Below are positions 15,884 through 25,642 of a DNA stretch of 43,071 bases, piece after piece (position 1 is the first letter of the stretch; every line of letters starts with the position of its first letter). A program made the translations under genes and the position numbers. Source of the stretch: a virus (lineage: Duplodnaviria > Caudoviricetes). The notes under the pieces were generated by a model that had not been told where the DNA came from, did no database searches, and was given only the letters and a program-made list of their open reading frames with translations. The stretch is taken from IMG/VR virus record IMGVR_UViG_3300036796_000078, positions 1 to 43,071 of that record. One strand, written 5' to 3'.

Positions 15884-17341
15884 ATGGAAGTAGTGATTAA
15901 CGGTGTTCGATACGCACCAATAACTGATCGTGCTTCAAATATCGGCATAGCAATAAGCACCCATAATCGCTATGACGTTTTAGCCCGCGCTATTGAGCAT
16001 CAGCTTAAATATCTCCCAGCCGGTGCGCTGGTGGTTGTCGTTGATGACGGGTCATCTGAAACGGTTGCAGTTCCTGAGGGCGTTAAGCTTATTCGCAGTG
16101 ACATGTCACGCGGAATCGTTGCAGCCAAAAATGCCAGTATCGAAGCACTGATTAATGCTGGGTGTGAGCATCTGTTTTTGTGGGACGATGACGCATGGCC
16201 TATCGCTGGTGGATGGGAACAGCCATACATCGAATCACCTGAGCCACATCTGGCTTATCAGTTTCAGGACTTCGCTACCGGCAAGAAGCTGAATGATATT
16301 GCCGTTCTTTACCGTGATGGTAAGCATGTCGCTTATACCGGTCAGCGTGGCGTGATGTTGTATTACCACCGAAGCGCGATTGAAAAAGTTGGTGGCTTCG
16401 ACTCCATTTATGAACGCGGCATGTATGAGCACTCCGATCTGGCGCTACGCATCCACAACGCCGGGCTCACGAGCTGGGCGTTTGCTGATGTGGTCGGTTC
16501 GGAAAAGCTGATTTATTCGCTTGATGAGCATGAGGCGGTAGAGCGTTCGGTTCCAAAGCCTGACCGTGAGGCGCAGGTTAAACGCAACGTCACCATTCAC
16601 AACAAACGCCGCGATGATGGTTACACCGGTTATGCGGAGTACCGGCAGAAGCAGAGTGTGGTGATTACTACGTTACTAACAAGCCAGCCGGACCCGCAGC
16701 GCGGCAGCAAAATGACTCCATCACCTGACATGCTGGCTAAGTGGTCGGCTTCGTTGCGTGGTTGTGGTCGTATCGTTCTGGCTGATGATCTGGAGACGGC
16801 ACCACCTGATGCTGAGCTATTCCGCGTTCCTGATGTGAAGATGAATGTCTATTTCCGGCGCTGGCTACACATCTGGCAGCACCTTCGCGATCACCCTGAA
16901 TATCACTTCGTCTGGTGCACCGATGGCACTGACGTTGAAATGCTGCGTGAGCCGTGGACAGAGATGGAGCAGGGCAAGATTTACGTTGGCTCCGAACCAA
17001 AGACAAACGCTGATGCGTGGGCTAAGCAGAGCCACCCTGAAGCAATTTATCAGTCGTTCCTCGCAGATCATCAACATGATGTAATGCTCAACGCTGGTTT
17101 GCTCGGGGGCTCTCGCGCTGACGTAATGGCAATAGCTCACGGCATTGTCCGATTGTATTACCAGATTGAATCACTGCGCTTCTGGCAGAAAGAGAAAGCG
17201 GCTGCTGCCGTAGGTGACATGATCGCCTTTGGCATTGTCGCGCATCGATACGCTGACAGGCTGGTGACCGGCCCTCGCGTTCACACAGTCTTTAAGATGG
17301 ATGGCATCGGTAAGGAGTTTGCCTGGTGGAAACACAAGTAA
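15884..17341 (+). CDS. Two-domain glycosyltransferase (GT2-like plus a second GT-A domain)
   Basis: IAISTHNR, VVDDGS, GIVAAKN, LWDDD, VGGFD, EHSD; C-terminal WCTDGTDV and MLNAGLLGG. Confidence 0.85.
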   Translation: MEVVINGVRYAPITDRASNIGIAISTHNRYDVLARAIEHQLKYLPAGALVVVVDDGSSETVAVPEGVKLIRSDMSRGIVAAKNASIEALINAGCEHLFLWDDDAWPIAGGWEQPYIESPEPHLAYQFQDFATGKKLNDIAVLYRDGKHVAYTGQRGVMLYYHRSAIEKVGGFDSIYERGMYEHSDLALRIHNAGLTSWAFADVVGSEKLIYSLDEHEAVERSVPKPDREAQVKRNVTIHNKRRDDGYTGYAEYRQKQSVVITTLLTSQPDPQRGSKMTPSPDMLAKWSASLRGCGRIVLADDLETAPPDAELFRVPDVKMNVYFRRWLHIWQHLRDHPEYHFVWCTDGTDVEMLREPWTEMEQGKIYVGSEPKTNADAWAKQSHPEAIYQSFLADHQHDVMLNAGLLGGSRADVMAIAHGIVRLYYQIESLRFWQKEKAAAAVGDMIAFGIVAHRYADRLVTGPRVHTVFKMDGIGKEFAWWKHK

Positions 17342-17943
17342 AGTTTGCCATCGTGGCGCACGAGTCGCGCTTCGATATGGCGGTATCTCTTGCCGATAAC
17401 CTTCCAAATTATCAAATCTTTGTTGATCGCGAATCGAAGGGTGCAAACGCCAATCACCTGCGCGCATTACGCTGGGCATCCACGCAGGATTGCCGGGTAG
17501 TGATTCTGGAAGATGATGCGCTGCCTGTGCCGAGCTTCACTGACAAAGTGACTGACTGGCTGGCGCGATTCCCTGATGAACTGGTTAGCTTCTATCTGGG
17601 TACCGGCAGGCCGCCGCAGTATCAGCTTGAGATAGCAACAAAGCTGATCGACGCCGACAAGCGGCAGAGTGATTACATCACGATAAACCGGCTTATTCAC
17701 GGCGTCTGTTACAGCGTGCCCGCCAGTAAGTTGGAGCGCGTGTTAAGTCGCTGGAATCATGGTTCACCTGCTGATTATGCAGTGGGTGATGCATGCGGTG
17801 GTGCTGTGGTGTACCCGTGTTATTCACTCGCTGACCATGCTGATGTATCAACGGTCGAGCGCCACCCCGATAACACACCGCGCACAGAACGCCGCCGCGC
17901 ATGGAGGCTTGATGCCGCAACGAATACCGAGAGCCTGCCGTAA
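17326..17943 (+). CDS. GT25-like glycosyltransferase
   Basis: GANANHLRAL...VILEDDA, HGVCYSV, PADY, YPCYSLADH. Confidence 0.7.
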   Translation: METQVKFAIVAHESRFDMAVSLADNLPNYQIFVDRESKGANANHLRALRWASTQDCRVVILEDDALPVPSFTDKVTDWLARFPDELVSFYLGTGRPPQYQLEIATKLIDADKRQSDYITINRLIHGVCYSVPASKLERVLSRWNHGSPADYAVGDACGGAVVYPCYSLADHADVSTVERHPDNTPRTERRRAWRLDAATNTESLP

Positions 17944-18262
17944 GCATGGCTGCGCTAAGACAACGACCGACCGTTCTGGATATTGTGCCGACCATATCAA
18001 CGAAGGATGGCAGCAGCACCAGAATGGTCAAAGCCGCCATCAGCGTGGTTATGGCAGTGAATGGGATGTCAGACGCGCAAGAATACTGAAGCGTGACAAA
18101 CATCTCTGCCAGCAATGCATGAGGGTTGGTCGGGCATCAGCAGCAAAGACTGTTGACCACATCAAAGCTAAGGCTCATGGGGGTACCGATGACGATTCGA
18201 ACCTTGAAGCCCTGTGCTGGCCTTGTCACAAGAGTAAAACAGCGCGCGAAAGGCTCAAGTGA
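17912..18262 (+). CDS. HNH endonuclease, terminase cofactor (HK97 gp74-like)
   Basis: RDKHLCQQC..VDHI..GG.DD.SNLEALCWPCH; GGAGG RBS before ATG 17912. Confidence 0.92.
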   Translation: MPQRIPRACRKHGCAKTTTDRSGYCADHINEGWQQHQNGQSRHQRGYGSEWDVRRARILKRDKHLCQQCMRVGRASAAKTVDHIKAKAHGGTDDDSNLEALCWPCHKSKTARERLK

Positions 18263-18328
18263 TAATCATTCTCATAAATTTATTTGCAATTGCAACCATT
18301 TCTATGTAAATGACAATCATTATCATTT
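18260..18328. promoter_or_regulatory. Two Fur-box-like 7-1-7 palindromes
   Basis: TGATAATCATTCTCA 18260-18274 and TGACAATCATTATCA 18311-18325, each one mismatch from TGATAATnATTATCA. Confidence 0.65.
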
Positions 18329-18329
18329 G

Positions 18330-18440
18330 AGGGGTGGGGCGGGTCAAAAGTTCAGGGCTTTGGCCCCAAAGGACCGACGCCTAACCTTTTTTCACACCGC
18401 CGCAGGTTAGAAAACTTTTTTTTGGGGTTACCCCACCAAG
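18330..18440 (+). other. Probable cos region
   Basis: G-rich GGGGTGGGGCGGGTCAAAA between HNH and terS; exact nick sites not determinable. Confidence 0.65.
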
Positions 18441-18461
18441 AATTAATAGGAGTTTTCGATT

Positions 18462-18959
18462 ATGTCAGGACCGCCGAAAACCCCGACACATCTGGCTTTG
18501 GTTAAGGGGAACCCATCAAAGCGGGCATTAAATAAAAATGAGCCAAAACCCCCTTCAGGGGTCCCCCCAATTCCCAAGCATTTTGATAAGCAGGGGAAGT
18601 ACTGGTTTAAACGCATTGCCGACGAACTGGACGCGATTGGGGTTATCACGCAGCTGGATGCGCGAGCGCTTGAGTTGCTGGTTGAGGCTTACACTGAGTA
18701 CCGCCATCACTGCGATACTCTGGATCGGGAAGGCTATACCTACGCCGTTTTCAGCGAAGAAGAGCCGGATGAAGGTAAGGACAGAGAAATCAGGATGATC
18801 AAACCTCACCCCGCAGCAGTGATGAAAGCTGATGCGTGGAAACGTATTCGGGCAATGCTCGGTGAATTTGGCATGACGCCTGCCAGCCGTACCAAGGTTG
18901 GTGCTAAAGGCGCTGCTGAAGTCGACCCTTTGGATGAATTTCTTAAAAAGCGCAAATGA
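18462..18959 (+). CDS. Terminase small subunit, P27 family
   Basis: GPPKTPT.L..GNPSKR; EFGMTPASR. Confidence 0.93.
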   Translation: MSGPPKTPTHLALVKGNPSKRALNKNEPKPPSGVPPIPKHFDKQGKYWFKRIADELDAIGVITQLDARALELLVEAYTEYRHHCDTLDREGYTYAVFSEEEPDEGKDREIRMIKPHPAAVMKADAWKRIRAMLGEFGMTPASRTKVGAKGAAEVDPLDEFLKKRK

Positions 18960-18962
18960 TGA

Positions 18963-20693
18963 ATGGCAACTGTTCAGGCTGGTATTCAGTACGCCGAAAG
19001 CGTGCTGGCTGGCGAGATCGTTGCTGGCGAACTGGTGCGCCTGGCGTGTCAGCGATTCCTCAATGATTTAGAACACGGGCCGGAACGCGGTATCTACTTC
19101 AGTGAGGACCGCGCTCAGCACATTCTCGACTTCTATAACTTCGTTCCGCACGTTAAGGGTGCTCTGGCGGGCAAGCCGATTGAGCTGATGCCCTGGCACA
19201 TCTTTATCCTGATAAACCTTTTTGGCTTCACCATCCCGCTAATTGATGAATTAAGCGGCGAGCAGGTGCGGGATGATGATGGCGATCCTGTGATGGTACG
19301 CCGGTTCCGCACTGCCTATAACGAAGTGGCGCGTAAAAACGCTAAATCGACAGTTTCATCAGGCATCGGACTATATATGACCGGGGCTGATGGTGAGGGC
19401 GGCGCAGAGGTTTACTCAGCGGCCACAACCCGCGATCAGGCCCGTATAGTTTTCGATGATGCCAAGAACATGATCAAGAAAGCGCCCCGCACGCTCGGTC
19501 GTCTCTTTGGTCATGTGAAGCTGAACATCCATCAGGAACGGACAGCCTCAAAGTTTGAGCCGCTTTCCAGTGACGCAAACAACCTCGACGGCCTGAACAT
19601 CCACTGCGGCATTGTTGATGAGCTGCATGCTCACCGAACCCGTGATGTGTGGGATGTACTTGAGACCGCTACCGGTGCGCGTCTTCAGTCTCTGCTATTC
19701 GCCATCACTACGGCGGGTACTAACAAAGAGGGCATCTGCTTTGAGCAGCGCGACTATGCCATTAAGGTTTTGCGTGGCGTGGTGGACGATGACACTTACT
19801 TTGCTGTCATTTACACGCTGGATGAAGAAGACGATCCCTTTGATGAGGCTAACTGGCCCAAAGCTAACCCCGGTCTCGGCGTCTGCAAGCGCTGGGATGA
19901 TATGCGCCGGCTTGCAAAAAAGGCAAAAGAGCAGGTTGCTGCACGGCCTAACTTCTTCACCAAGCACCTGAACATATGGGTAACAGCCGAAAGCGCCTGG
20001 ATGGACATGGAGCGTTGGACGAGGATGCCGGGCATTGCATCAGATGCGGAACGCAAAAAGTGGCCGATGTGGGTTGGTGTCGACCTTGCCAACAAAATCG
20101 ATATCTGCGCGGCCGTCAAAACGTGGCGTGATCCGTCCGGTGAGACACACTCGGAGCCGCGATTCTGGTTGCCTGAGGGCAGGCTTGAAACAGCACCTGC
20201 GCATATTGCTGAACTTTATAAAAAGTGGTCAGCCGCCGGGTATCTCGAACTGACCGATGGTGACGTTATTGACCACGCCATGATCAAGGCTGACATCGTC
20301 GACTGGGTTAAAGGTGAGAACGTAAAGGAAATTGCTTTCGACCCGTGGAGTGCGGTGCAGTTCAGCCTGGCGCTGGCTGAAGAGGGATTACCTATGGTGG
20401 AGGTGGCTCAGACAGTTAAAAACCTCTCCGAATCAATGAAGTCGGTTCAGGCTGAGATATACGGCAACAAATTCCATCATGATGAAAACCCAGTCATGAC
20501 CTGGATGATGTCTAACGTCACGGTTAAGCCAGATAAAAACGACAATATATTCCCGAATAAGTCTACGCCTGAAAATAAAATTGACGGGCCGGTAGCGCTG
20601 TTTACAGCGAAAAGCCGAATGCTGGTCAATGGCGGAAATGATGGCATGGACCTGACAGGATTCTTAGAAAACCCAATTATGATAGGTGTCTGA
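18963..20693 (+). CDS. Terminase large subunit
   Basis: ARKNAKS Walker A, IVDELH Walker B, GVDLA, KIDG. Confidence 0.96.
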   Translation: MATVQAGIQYAESVLAGEIVAGELVRLACQRFLNDLEHGPERGIYFSEDRAQHILDFYNFVPHVKGALAGKPIELMPWHIFILINLFGFTIPLIDELSGEQVRDDDGDPVMVRRFRTAYNEVARKNAKSTVSSGIGLYMTGADGEGGAEVYSAATTRDQARIVFDDAKNMIKKAPRTLGRLFGHVKLNIHQERTASKFEPLSSDANNLDGLNIHCGIVDELHAHRTRDVWDVLETATGARLQSLLFAITTAGTNKEGICFEQRDYAIKVLRGVVDDDTYFAVIYTLDEEDDPFDEANWPKANPGLGVCKRWDDMRRLAKKAKEQVAARPNFFTKHLNIWVTAESAWMDMERWTRMPGIASDAERKKWPMWVGVDLANKIDICAAVKTWRDPSGETHSEPRFWLPEGRLETAPAHIAELYKKWSAAGYLELTDGDVIDHAMIKADIVDWVKGENVKEIAFDPWSAVQFSLALAEEGLPMVEVAQTVKNLSESMKSVQAEIYGNKFHHDENPVMTWMMSNVTVKPDKNDNIFPNKSTPENKIDGPVALFTAKSRMLVNGGNDGMDLTGFLENPIMIGV

Positions 20694-21997
20694 TGAAAGC
20701 GAATAAACAGCCCGGCAAAGTGAAAAGCGCCTTGCTGAACTGGTTGGGCGTACCAATCGGACTGACTACAGGAACCTTTTGGGAAGAATGGTTTGGTACC
20801 AGCAGTAGCGGTCAGGTAGTCACAGCCGATAAAGCAATGCGACTCTCTGCTGTATGGGCATGCGTTCGACTTCTCAGTGAGTCTGTATCAACCCTGCCAC
20901 TGAAAATATATGAACGTCAGGAGGATGGTTCACGAAAACCTGCAAAAAACCATCCTGCATACGCTGTTTTGTGCCGCCGCCCAAATGCCGAAATGACACC
21001 ATCTCGGTTTATGTTGATGGTGGTTGCCAGTATTTGCTTGAGGGGAAACGCATTCGTAGAAAAGAAATTTATTGGTCAAAAACTTGTCTCGTTAATTCCA
21101 TTGTTACCGCAAAACATGGTTGTAAAGCGTCTTGATAGCGGTTCACTGGAATACACTTATACAGATGGAAAAATAAAGCGCGTTATTCCAGTAAAGAACT
21201 TAATGCACATTCGCGGTTTTGGCCTCGACGGTGTCTGCGGGCTGATGCCGATGATGGCTGGTCGGGATGTTATTGGCTCAGCAATGTCGGTTGAACAATC
21301 AGCTGCAAAAATATTTGAAAACGGTTTGCAGTCATCTGGCTTTCTTTCAGCTGAACAGTCTCTGGATGAGGGACAGCGCGAGCGGCTTCGCAGTTACCTC
21401 GCCAGATTTACTGGTTCTAAAAATGCCGGAAAGCTGATGGTGCTGGAAGGGGGCATGAAGTATCAGGGTGTCACAATGAATCCCGAAGATGCCCAGATGC
21501 TGGAAAGCCGATCTTTCAGCATTGAAGAAATCTGCCGATTTTACCGCGTACCTCCATTTATGGTAGGTCACGCTGACAAGCAAAGCAGTTGGGCATCAAG
21601 TCTTGAAGGTATGAATATGCAGTTTCTTACTCATACACTGCGACCGATGCTGGTAAATATAGAACAGGAGATAGCGCGTTGTTTACTGGACGGTGATGAC
21701 GATGTGTTTGCCGAATTTTCTGTTGAAGGCCTGCTTCGTGCTGACAGCACAGGTAGATCTGCCTATTACACCAGTGCCCTGCAAAATGGCTGGATGTCAC
21801 GCAATGACGTTCGTCGCCTTGAAAACCTGCCTCCAATTGATGGTGGTGATATTTACACGGTGCAGCTGAACCTGACACCACTAAATCAGCTTGGCACGGA
21901 TAATATTGGTGCGCAGGCCAGCAATATAATGAAGCTCCACGCTTTCCTTTTCCCGGACATTCCACCGGAACAGTCACCGCTTAAACGGGCGGCTTAG
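20693..21997 (+). CDS. HK97-family portal protein
   Basis: AVWACVRLLSES, GNAF, EEICRFYRVPP. Confidence 0.95.
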   Translation: MKANKQPGKVKSALLNWLGVPIGLTTGTFWEEWFGTSSSGQVVTADKAMRLSAVWACVRLLSESVSTLPLKIYERQEDGSRKPAKNHPAYAVLCRRPNAEMTPSRFMLMVVASICLRGNAFVEKKFIGQKLVSLIPLLPQNMVVKRLDSGSLEYTYTDGKIKRVIPVKNLMHIRGFGLDGVCGLMPMMAGRDVIGSAMSVEQSAAKIFENGLQSSGFLSAEQSLDEGQRERLRSYLARFTGSKNAGKLMVLEGGMKYQGVTMNPEDAQMLESRSFSIEEICRFYRVPPFMVGHADKQSSWASSLEGMNMQFLTHTLRPMLVNIEQEIARCLLDGDDDVFAEFSVEGLLRADSTGRSAYYTSALQNGWMSRNDVRRLENLPPIDGGDIYTVQLNLTPLNQLGTDNIGAQASNIMKLHAFLFPDIPPEQSPLKRAA

Positions 21998-22005
21998 GAG
22001 AAATA

Positions 22006-22857
22006 ATGAAGAAGTTGAAAAACCTTCCGGCAGCGCCGGAGGGGCGGCTTTTTGCGTCCGGAAAACGTGACTTGCCCGCCGCAGCGATTGAGCGCTGGGA
22101 TGGCAGCATCCGAGCGGCTTCGCAGTCAGGCGAAAATACCATCACCATTTTTGATGTGATTGGTGAGGACTGGTGGGGCGATGGCGTTAGTGCTAACCGT
22201 ATTTCGGCCGCTCTGCGCTCTCTGGGTGGCGGGGATGTGACGGTGCATATCAACTCGCCTGGCGGCGATATGTTTGAAGGTCTCGCGATCTATAACCTGC
22301 TTCGCGAATATCAGGGGAAGGTCACGGTAAAGGTTCTCGGACTGGCTGCTTCAGCGGCCTCGATTATCGCGATGGCGGGTGATGAGGTCCAGATCGGTCG
22401 GGGTGCTTTCCTCATGATCCATAACGCGTGGATTGTTGCTGCCGGAAACCGCAATGATTTCCGCGAATACGCGGACTATCTGGAGCCTTTCGATAAGGCT
22501 ATGGCTGACATCTACGCCGCGCGGTCAGGCATGTCTGTTTCTGATGTCCAGTCCCTTATGGACAAAGAGTCATTTATTGGCGGCAGCGATTCGATTGATA
22601 AGGGCCTGGCTGATGCTTTGCTTTCGTCAGATGAACTGACAAGCGATGAAGAAAGCCCTGCTGCTGCAATCCGCAAAATTGATGCCTTTCTGGCAAAAGG
22701 CGGGATGCCCCGTTCTGAACGCCGTAAACATCTTAAAGCTTTAGGTGGTATGCCGGGCGCTACCACTGAAAAAGACGACAAGCCGGGCGCTGTCGACGAA
22801 GTAAACCCTGAAGTAATCAACTCCCTCAAATCTGCGCTGGCATCGCTCGGCGAATAA
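22006..22857 (+). CDS. ClpP-like head maturation protease
   Basis: INSPGGD, GLAASAAS, LMIHN. Confidence 0.94.
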   Translation: MKKLKNLPAAPEGRLFASGKRDLPAAAIERWDGSIRAASQSGENTITIFDVIGEDWWGDGVSANRISAALRSLGGGDVTVHINSPGGDMFEGLAIYNLLREYQGKVTVKVLGLAASAASIIAMAGDEVQIGRGAFLMIHNAWIVAAGNRNDFREYADYLEPFDKAMADIYAARSGMSVSDVQSLMDKESFIGGSDSIDKGLADALLSSDELTSDEESPAAAIRKIDAFLAKGGMPRSERRKHLKALGGMPGATTEKDDKPGAVDEVNPEVINSLKSALASLGE

Positions 22858-22866
22858 GGAAAGAAC

Positions 22867-24075
22867 ATGTCCGATGTAAATGAGCTCCTGAAAAACGTAT
22901 CAGCAAAACTTGAAAAAGTTTCGGCTGACTTCAGCAAAAAAGCAGAAGATGCGCTTAAAGAGGCGCAAACCTCTGGCCAGTTGTCTACCGAAACGAAAGC
23001 AGCAGTTGATAAAATTGCTACCGAGCATAACGCCCTTAACGAAGCCATGAAGACAATTAAGGCTTCAGTAGGGGAGCTTGAACAGCACGTCGCGGGCATG
23101 AATATCAATGCCGCTAAAGATGTAATTCAGTCTGTTGGCCAGCAGCTTATTTCCGCTGAAGTGATGAAAGATATCCGCTCCAGCATGGAAGGCGGCAAGC
23201 GCATGAGCATTCCGGTTAAGGCCGAACTTACCAGCGTTGATGTACCCGGCCAGATTGTACCTCCAACCCGCCTGCCGGGTATCGACCAGACGCCAAAGCA
23301 GCGTTTGTTCATCCGCGACCTGATCGCTCCGGGCCGTACCCAGTCAAACACGATTTATTACGTGAAACAGACTGGCTTCACCAACAACGCCAGTGTGGTG
23401 CAGGAAAATACCACCAAGCCTTACAGTGATATCGAATTCGCTGAAGAAACCACACCTGTTCGCACCATCGCTCATATGTTCAAAGCTTCTAAACAGATTC
23501 TGGACGATTTTGCCCAGCTCCAGTCTACCGTCGATGCAGAGATGCGTTACGGCCTTAAGTATGTGGAAGAGCAGGAGATTCTTTTTGGTGACGGTACAGG
23601 TGCGCATCTGAAGGGGATTATCCCGCAGGCCGTAGCGTTCAATCCGGCATTCGCCGTTGAGAAGCAAACCGGTATTGACGTGCTGCGTCTGGCAATGCTT
23701 CAGGCTCAGCTGGCTCGCTTCCCGGCATCTGGTCACGTTCTTCACTTTACTGACTGGGCGCGCATTGAACTGACCAAAGATGAGCTTGGTCGTTACATTC
23801 TGGCTAACCCGGCTCAGCTGACCACGCCAACGCTGTGGGGCCTGCCTGTTGTTGCGACCGAAGCGACCCAGTTCCTGGGCAAGTTTCTGACTGGCGCATT
23901 CAACTCAGGTGCTCAGTTGTTCGATCGCGAAGATGCCAACGTGGTTATCTCCACCGAAAACGCCGACGACTTCGAAAAGAACATGATTTCAATTCGTTGT
24001 GAAGAGCGTCTTGCGCTGGCAGTTTACCGTCCTGAAGCGTTCGTGTTTGGCTCTCTGACCGGTTCAGGAAGCTAA
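22867..24075 (+). CDS. Major capsid protein, HK97 family
   Basis: Coiled-coil delta domain, ILDD..QL, TLWGLPVV, EERLAL.VYRPEAF. Confidence 0.96.
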   Translation: MSDVNELLKNVSAKLEKVSADFSKKAEDALKEAQTSGQLSTETKAAVDKIATEHNALNEAMKTIKASVGELEQHVAGMNINAAKDVIQSVGQQLISAEVMKDIRSSMEGGKRMSIPVKAELTSVDVPGQIVPPTRLPGIDQTPKQRLFIRDLIAPGRTQSNTIYYVKQTGFTNNASVVQENTTKPYSDIEFAEETTPVRTIAHMFKASKQILDDFAQLQSTVDAEMRYGLKYVEEQEILFGDGTGAHLKGIIPQAVAFNPAFAVEKQTGIDVLRLAMLQAQLARFPASGHVLHFTDWARIELTKDELGRYILANPAQLTTPTLWGLPVVATEATQFLGKFLTGAFNSGAQLFDREDANVVISTENADDFEKNMISIRCEERLALAVYRPEAFVFGSLTGSGS

Positions 24076-24085
24076 TCAGTAACCC

Positions 24086-24106
24086 AGCGGCCTTCGGGCC
24101 GCTTTT
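24086..24106 (+). terminator. Hairpin terminator after the capsid gene
   Basis: AGCGGCC-TTCG-GGCCGCT followed by TTT. Confidence 0.7.
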
Positions 24107-24125
24107 CATGGTGTCTGCAATGGCG

Positions 24126-24452
24126 ATGATTGAGTTAATTACTGTCAGGGCTCACTGCCGTATCGATGAAGATGACAACAGTGAAGATTCTTTGCTGAGC
24201 ATCTATATCGGTGCCGCGAAGCGTTACGTGGAAACGTGGACCCGCAGAAAGCTGTACGAGACAAACGCCGATCCCGGTTTTGACACTGATGAAGACAGGC
24301 TTTTGCTGGATGACGATGTCAGGACGGCAATGCTTCTGCTGATTGGTCACTGGTTTGCTAATCGGGAAGCCGTGAGTGTTGGCGTCAACGCAAGCGAAGT
24401 GCCTTTGGCAGTGGAAGCGCTTCTTCAACCACATCGTATTTATGGGCTTTGA
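24126..24452 (+). CDS. Head-tail connector (HK97 gp6-like); start uncertain (24108-24126)
   Basis: HCRID, AMLLLIGHWFANRE. Confidence 0.88.
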   Translation: MIELITVRAHCRIDEDDNSEDSLLSIYIGAAKRYVETWTRRKLYETNADPGFDTDEDRLLLDDDVRTAMLLLIGHWFANREAVSVGVNASEVPLAVEALLQPHRIYGL

Positions 24453-24462
24453 GGAGGGGAGC

Positions 24463-24801
24463 ATGCAGGCTGGACGCTTACGCCATAAAGTTAAAATCCA
24501 GAACTTCTCAACCACTCGACTGCCTTCAGGCCAGCCAGACAAAGTCTGGCTTGATGGAATGACGGTGTGGGCGGAAGTCAAAGGAATAAGCGGTCGGGAG
24601 CTAATGTCTTCGGGTGCTGAAAAACCAGAAGCCACGATCAGAGTATGGATTCGTTATCGCACCGATGTTTCGGCATCATCCCGCCTGGTTTGTCTGACGG
24701 GGCCGTTTAAGGGAAAAGTGCTGGAAGTTAACGGTCAGCCAATACCTGATGCGAGAACCAGTCAGCTAGAAATTTTATGCAGGCTGGGGGTGGAAAATTG
24801 A
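24463..24801 (+). CDS. Head closure protein
   Basis: MQAGRLRH, VWAEV..ISGRE, IRYR; GGAGG RBS. Confidence 0.88.
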   Translation: MQAGRLRHKVKIQNFSTTRLPSGQPDKVWLDGMTVWAEVKGISGRELMSSGAEKPEATIRVWIRYRTDVSASSRLVCLTGPFKGKVLEVNGQPIPDARTSQLEILCRLGVEN

Positions 24802-25244
24802 TAACGACCAATCTCGATTTCTCCGGGTTATCCGATATTTCGCGCGATCTTGAATTACTGAGTAAAGCGGAAAACCGTCAGGTGCTGCGTCAGGCAGTAA
24901 GGGCTGGCGCTGAGGTTCTGGCTGATGAAGTTGAAAATAACGCGCCAGAGAAAACAGGAAAGCTGAAGCGAAACATTGTTGTTTTGTTCGGTAAAGGTGC
25001 CCAGGGCACAGCTGTAGCTGGAGTGCATATTCGTGGTGTGAATCCTAAAACGGGGAATAGCGATACCACTACGAAAGCCAGCTCGCCAAACAACGCTTTT
25101 TACTGGCGCTTTATTGAAAATGGCACCTCTAAAATGCCAGCGAAACCGTTTGTGCGTCCGGCATATGATCGTAAGCAGGAGGAAGCATCTGCAGCTTCGT
25201 TTGCAGAAATGCTAAAAGCGATAGATGGGGTGCTAAGCAAATGA
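24798..25244 (+). CDS. HK97 gp10-family tail component
   Basis: APEKTGKLKRNI, FYWRFIENGTSKMPAKPFVRPA; probable TTG start. Confidence 0.88.
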   Translation: MITTNLDFSGLSDISRDLELLSKAENRQVLRQAVRAGAEVLADEVENNAPEKTGKLKRNIVVLFGKGAQGTAVAGVHIRGVNPKTGNSDTTTKASSPNNAFYWRFIENGTSKMPAKPFVRPAYDRKQEEASAASFAEMLKAIDGVLSK

Positions 25245-25588
25245 CCGAATCCGACATCTACCCGCTAATTGGCGGGCTCGCTGGTGGTCAGGTTTATCCC
25301 TACGTGGCCCCACTGAATGCCGAGGGCGAGCCATCAGTCAGACCACCCTGGGTGGTATTCACGATCGTGAGCGAAACACATGGCGATACGTTATGCGGAC
25401 CGGCTGAAGAAAACGGCACGCTGCAGGTTGATGTGTACGCATTGACTACGGATGAGGCCAGAAGCATCCGTGAACAAGCAGTTAACGCTTTGTCTCCTCT
25501 CGACTTCTCGCAGATGAGAAAGGAAAACGGCTACGAGTCGGACACCGGCTTATACCGCGCCACGCTGGAAATTCAGAGCCAGCAATAA
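25241..25588 (+). CDS. Tail terminator (DUF3168-like)
   Basis: VYPYVAP, QVDVYA, YESDTGLYR. Confidence 0.85.
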   Translation: MTESDIYPLIGGLAGGQVYPYVAPLNAEGEPSVRPPWVVFTIVSETHGDTLCGPAEENGTLQVDVYALTTDEARSIREQAVNALSPLDFSQMRKENGYESDTGLYRATLEIQSQQ

Positions 25589-25605
25589 CCAACCCATCAA
25601 TCACG

Positions 25606-25627
25606 ACCGGCATAAGCCGGTTTTTTT
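25606..25627 (+). terminator. Intrinsic terminator
   Basis: ACCGGC-ATAA-GCCGGT followed by a T-run. Confidence 0.8.
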
Positions 25628-25642
25628 ACGCCTGGAGAAAAC

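Noticed and set aside
15884-17943. gtrABC serotype-conversion cassette
   Set aside because: No flippase or membrane GT, no TM helices, wrong location
22512-23108. Long antisense ORFs over structural genes (also 7982-8527, 31483-32061)
   Set aside because: Typical shadow frames with no motifs or RBS, unlike the same-strand MTase overprint
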